This document shows, in pieces, positions 61,208-64,000 of a DNA stretch of 64,000 nucleotides (within the stretch, counting starts at the first letter, position 1; every line of letters starts with the position of its first letter). Under the pieces are notes generated by a model. That model had not been told where the DNA came from. It searched no databases and saw only the letters and a program-made list of their open reading frames with translations. Position numbers and translations under genes: made by a program. Source of the stretch: Candidatus Bathyarchaeota archaeon (lineage in GTDB: Archaea; Thermoproteota; Bathyarchaeia; Bathyarchaeales; Bathycorpusculaceae). The DNA lies in the NCBI GenBank assembly GCA_963780185.1, contig CAWABA010000006.1, positions 1 through 64,000 on the forward strand, given 5' to 3'.

Positions 61208-62219
61208 AGGCTACACCAATCTCTTGGTCATAGGCTCTCCTCGGTTGACGTTTAATAGGACGGCTTTGGATGAGTCCTGCAGCTACCTTGACAAGGCGGG
61301 AATGAACTTTATCGTTTTAATCACCAGCTACCCCATGTACAACGGCACCAACGGTTACCCTGGAAACGACACGGTTTTTGACTGGATGGGCAACGCTACG
61401 CTGCGGTATCCTCGTCATCTGTTGGGTTTTTACAGGTATGATGAGCCGGGCGGAAACCAATTGGATGACGCAAGGTTTCAGCTTATCCACAACGCCACTA
61501 GCTCCGCCGAAGCATCTGACGAGTACGTTTACAACTTGGGCGGCATCGTGCATTTTTACGCTTCCATCGGCGACAGAACTGCGGAGCCAACGGCTAGAAT
61601 CTTCACTTCGGACTATGGGCTTTACTGGTTTGATTACGCGTCAGGGTACAGCACGGTTTTCGGTGAGTTTGTGGGGAACCAAAGCAGACAAACCACAATT
61701 GCGTTGGAGAGAGGGGCAGCTCAATCCTTCAATCGCCAGTGGGGAATCATAATTACGTGGAAGTATGACCAGCAGCCCTACCTTGAATCCCCCGACGAAA
61801 TGTACAGTGACCTGTCGCTGGCTTACAGCGCCGGAGCCACCTACGAGGTAGTTTTCAGCTACCCCAACGCCACCGTTCCCGGCTCATACGGCACATTGAC
61901 CCCTGATGACCTTAAGACTCTGCAAACGTTCTGGACCGCAGTCCACACGGACCCTGACCAGTTCGGGTCAAACCCGGCTGAGGCAGCTTATGTTGTCCCT
62001 GCAAACTTCGGGTTCGCCTTCCGCAGCGCCACGGACACAATCTGGGGCTTATTCCCAGCCAGCAACGACTCCTTCACGGCGAAAATTTGGAGCGACACCC
62101 AACTCCTCCTATCAAGGTACAACGGAAAATTGAACATTATTTTCTACAACCAAACGTTGATCCAGCCAACTCTCAACCAATACGCCCAAATCTACTACTA
62201 CAACCAGACCGTCACGTGA
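61206..62219 (+). CDS. 5'-truncated extracellular hypothetical protein (glycosidase-barrel-like)
   Basis: Frame begins KGYTNLLVIGS with no signal peptide; YRYDEPGG, TSDYGLYWFDY, many NxS/T sequons. Confidence 0.6.
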   Translation, partial: KGYTNLLVIGSPRLTFNRTALDESCSYLDKAGMNFIVLITSYPMYNGTNGYPGNDTVFDWMGNATLRYPRHLLGFYRYDEPGGNQLDDARFQLIHNATSSAEASDEYVYNLGGIVHFYASIGDRTAEPTARIFTSDYGLYWFDYASGYSTVFGEFVGNQSRQTTIALERGAAQSFNRQWGIIITWKYDQQPYLESPDEMYSDLSLAYSAGATYEVVFSYPNATVPGSYGTLTPDDLKTLQTFWTAVHTDPDQFGSNPAEAAYVVPANFGFAFRSATDTIWGLFPASNDSFTAKIWSDTQLLLSRYNGKLNIIFYNQTLIQPTLNQYAQIYYYNQTVT

Positions 62220-62319
62220 TTTCCGCTGGTGTTCCAGTTTACGGGTAAAGCCTTTAAACGTAAACGTAACATTTAAGCAACCTGTCGATTGGTTCATGGG
62301 AGTTGGGGGCATCTGCAGG

Positions 62320-64000
62320 TTGGCTGAGAAAAAGCGTGTTGAAGCTGAATCCACAGAGGATTTGCCTTCTCTTGACGCATCGGGCATCGCCGAGTACATC
62401 CGCTTCGACTGTTGCCCACGCTTTTTCAAACTCCGCTTCGAAGAGAAAGATGAGAAAAAAAATCCTTGGCCTGAAGCCTTCCACAAACCCTTAAGCCCCC
62501 TGCTTTTCACCGCTGGCAAGCAGCTGGAGGAAAAAACGGTTCAGGAACTCAAGTCTAAAGCAGCCGACTACAAAGACTTCACATGCTACGACCCTAAACA
62601 GCAAAAAGAGCGGTGGCCCATCGAGTGGCAAAAATCGCGCCAATCAATAATGGACGTTCTTGGAGACGCTGTTTCAGCCAAAGAAGAAGCAGATTACAAA
62701 CCTGTTTTGATTTATCAAGCGCCTGTAATGGGTCACATCGGCTTGTGGGATGTAAAAGGCATCGCCGACCTAATCAGCGTCTGGCCAAGCAGAACCGGCA
62801 AAGTTAAAGTCCGCATTTTCGAAATCAAATCGTCATGGAAAGAGCAGACGGCGCACCGCATCCAAGTGGCAATCTACGTGCAACTGTTAACTGCAGCTAT
62901 AGGCGAGCTTGCATCCAAGGTCGATTTTGAAGGCGGAGTAATAAACAAAGAATCGGACTTAGAGAATCTTGCGCCAGAGAGCCTGCCTTCTTTTCGTCTT
63001 GACCCCTTAATCCAGGATGTTCAAAGGCTCCTAAGCGTAAACGGGGAGCTTTTCAGAATCCACAAAAAAAACCTCTGCGACGTGGAGTATCAGCTTTCTT
63101 GGCGATGTGACAACTGCGGCTACAACGAATGCTGTGTGGTTCGAGCAGTCGAGAAAGAAAGCGTTGCGCTGCTTAATTTGACTCGGGGCGAGCAGAAGGC
63201 GCTGCGGCTGCATGGGATTTTGCTGCTGGAAGACCTTGCCAAGTTGAAGGCTGTACCCAGGCAAGAGGAGCAAAAACCATACAACTTCAAGGAGATTCGC
63301 GCCTTAGACCCGCAGAACGTGCAGTCCCTGTCCGCTGACCCAATCATCGGCGGCAAGCTTGACAGGCTAATTCAGAGAGCCCAATTCATGCTTTTTGGAA
63401 TCCGTCCCACAAGCCCCTACGCAAACAAAGTTAGGTCGATGCCTTGGCTAACTGGGACAGGCTACGGAACCTTGCCTGAAGACAGCCCGCAGGAAGGCGC
63501 CGACAGTGCACTTCTCTTCAAACCTGACGGCATGATACGCGTCTACTTTCACATTCAATGGGACTATTTGGTAAACATCATTTCAATGATTACCGCCCGC
63601 GTCAGCTGCACACGATACCGCGGCGAACCCATCAGCATCTCCAAAATCGTCAAAGCAATTCCCAAGGAGCAGAAAGACTGCGTAGACGAAGAGCGTAGCT
63701 TGCTGCAGGCGTTCTTCACAGCCTTAACCGAAGCCGTCAACAAAATCGCGGTTGACGTCGGCAGCCCAGATGAAGCCCCCATCCACCTCTACTTCTACAC
63801 ACGCCAAGAACGCGACCACCTAATGGACGCGGTACGACGACATTCTTCTCTAGTGACCGCCTGCGCGGTCCGAGACCTCCTCGGCTTGAGGCAGGCAATT
63901 GACCAGCCCATGTTTTCAATAGTGCAAGACGAAATTTTGCTGAGGAAGGCGGTTGGCTACACGAGCACGGGGCTTTTGCCGGTTCTTAAGCAATCAAGCT
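62320..64000 (+). CDS. Large PD-(D/E)xK Cas4/RecB-like Fe-S nuclease, probably a Dna2-like nuclease-helicase (runs off the window; absent from the ORF track)
   Basis: Frame is open from ATG 62296/TTG 62320 to the end; CCPR, GIADL, EIKS, QVAIY, CDNCGYNECC. Confidence 0.85.
   Translation, partial: MAEKKRVEAESTEDLPSLDASGIAEYIRFDCCPRFFKLRFEEKDEKKNPWPEAFHKPLSPLLFTAGKQLEEKTVQELKSKAADYKDFTCYDPKQQKERWPIEWQKSRQSIMDVLGDAVSAKEEADYKPVLIYQAPVMGHIGLWDVKGIADLISVWPSRTGKVKVRIFEIKSSWKEQTAHRIQVAIYVQLLTAAIGELASKVDFEGGVINKESDLENLAPESLPSFRLDPLIQDVQRLLSVNGELFRIHKKNLCDVEYQLSWRCDNCGYNECCVVRAVEKESVALLNLTRGEQKALRLHGILLLEDLAKLKAVPRQEEQKPYNFKEIRALDPQNVQSLSADPIIGGKLDRLIQRAQFMLFGIRPTSPYANKVRSMPWLTGTGYGTLPEDSPQEGADSALLFKPDGMIRVYFHIQWDYLVNIISMITARVSCTRYRGEPISISKIVKAIPKEQKDCVDEERSLLQAFFTALTEAVNKIAVDVGSPDEAPIHLYFYTRQERDHLMDAVRRHSSLVTACAVRDLLGLRQAIDQPMFSIVQDEILLRKAVGYTSTGLLPVLKQSS

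Noticed and set aside
1-64000. CRISPR array
   Set aside because: No 25-40 bp repeats separated by unique spacers; the 10-bp, 12-bp and 94-bp arrays do not fit

Overview
This is an archaeal chromosomal segment, most likely Bathyarchaeia (an inference from the LSm, RIO2, SufCB/SmsCB, NurA-HerA and DUF3227-like genes, GGAGGTGA Shine-Dalgarno sites and a PEF-CTERM-type surface protein). It opens with a diverged ~2.5-kb tandem duplication of an MFS transporter and an MBL hydrolase, followed by a class III cyclase-like orphan, ychF and two PAS-rich histidine kinases. One kinase appears to start at ACG. There are three tRNAs (Pro, His, Leu). tRNA-Leu, and less clearly tRNA-Pro, has a degenerate att-like copy about 1.1 kb downstream. 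The window also holds VapBC, a hicB with a decayed hicA, a degenerate (ComQ-like) prenyltransferase next to an MFS-like protein and a radical SAM/SPASM enzyme, several ABC systems, a NurA-HerA pair without Mre11/Rad50, and a ~1750-aa surface protein. It ends with an HTH gene coupled to a single-pass membrane partner and a Cas4/RecB-like Fe-S nuclease that runs off the window. Many single-base frameshifts look like long-read errors, so pseudogene calls are tentative. No CRISPR array, rRNA, integrase or transposase was seen. The non-coding DNA is richly patterned: a dispersed ~100-160 bp repeat, phased 10-bp and 12-bp arrays, and paired palindromes.
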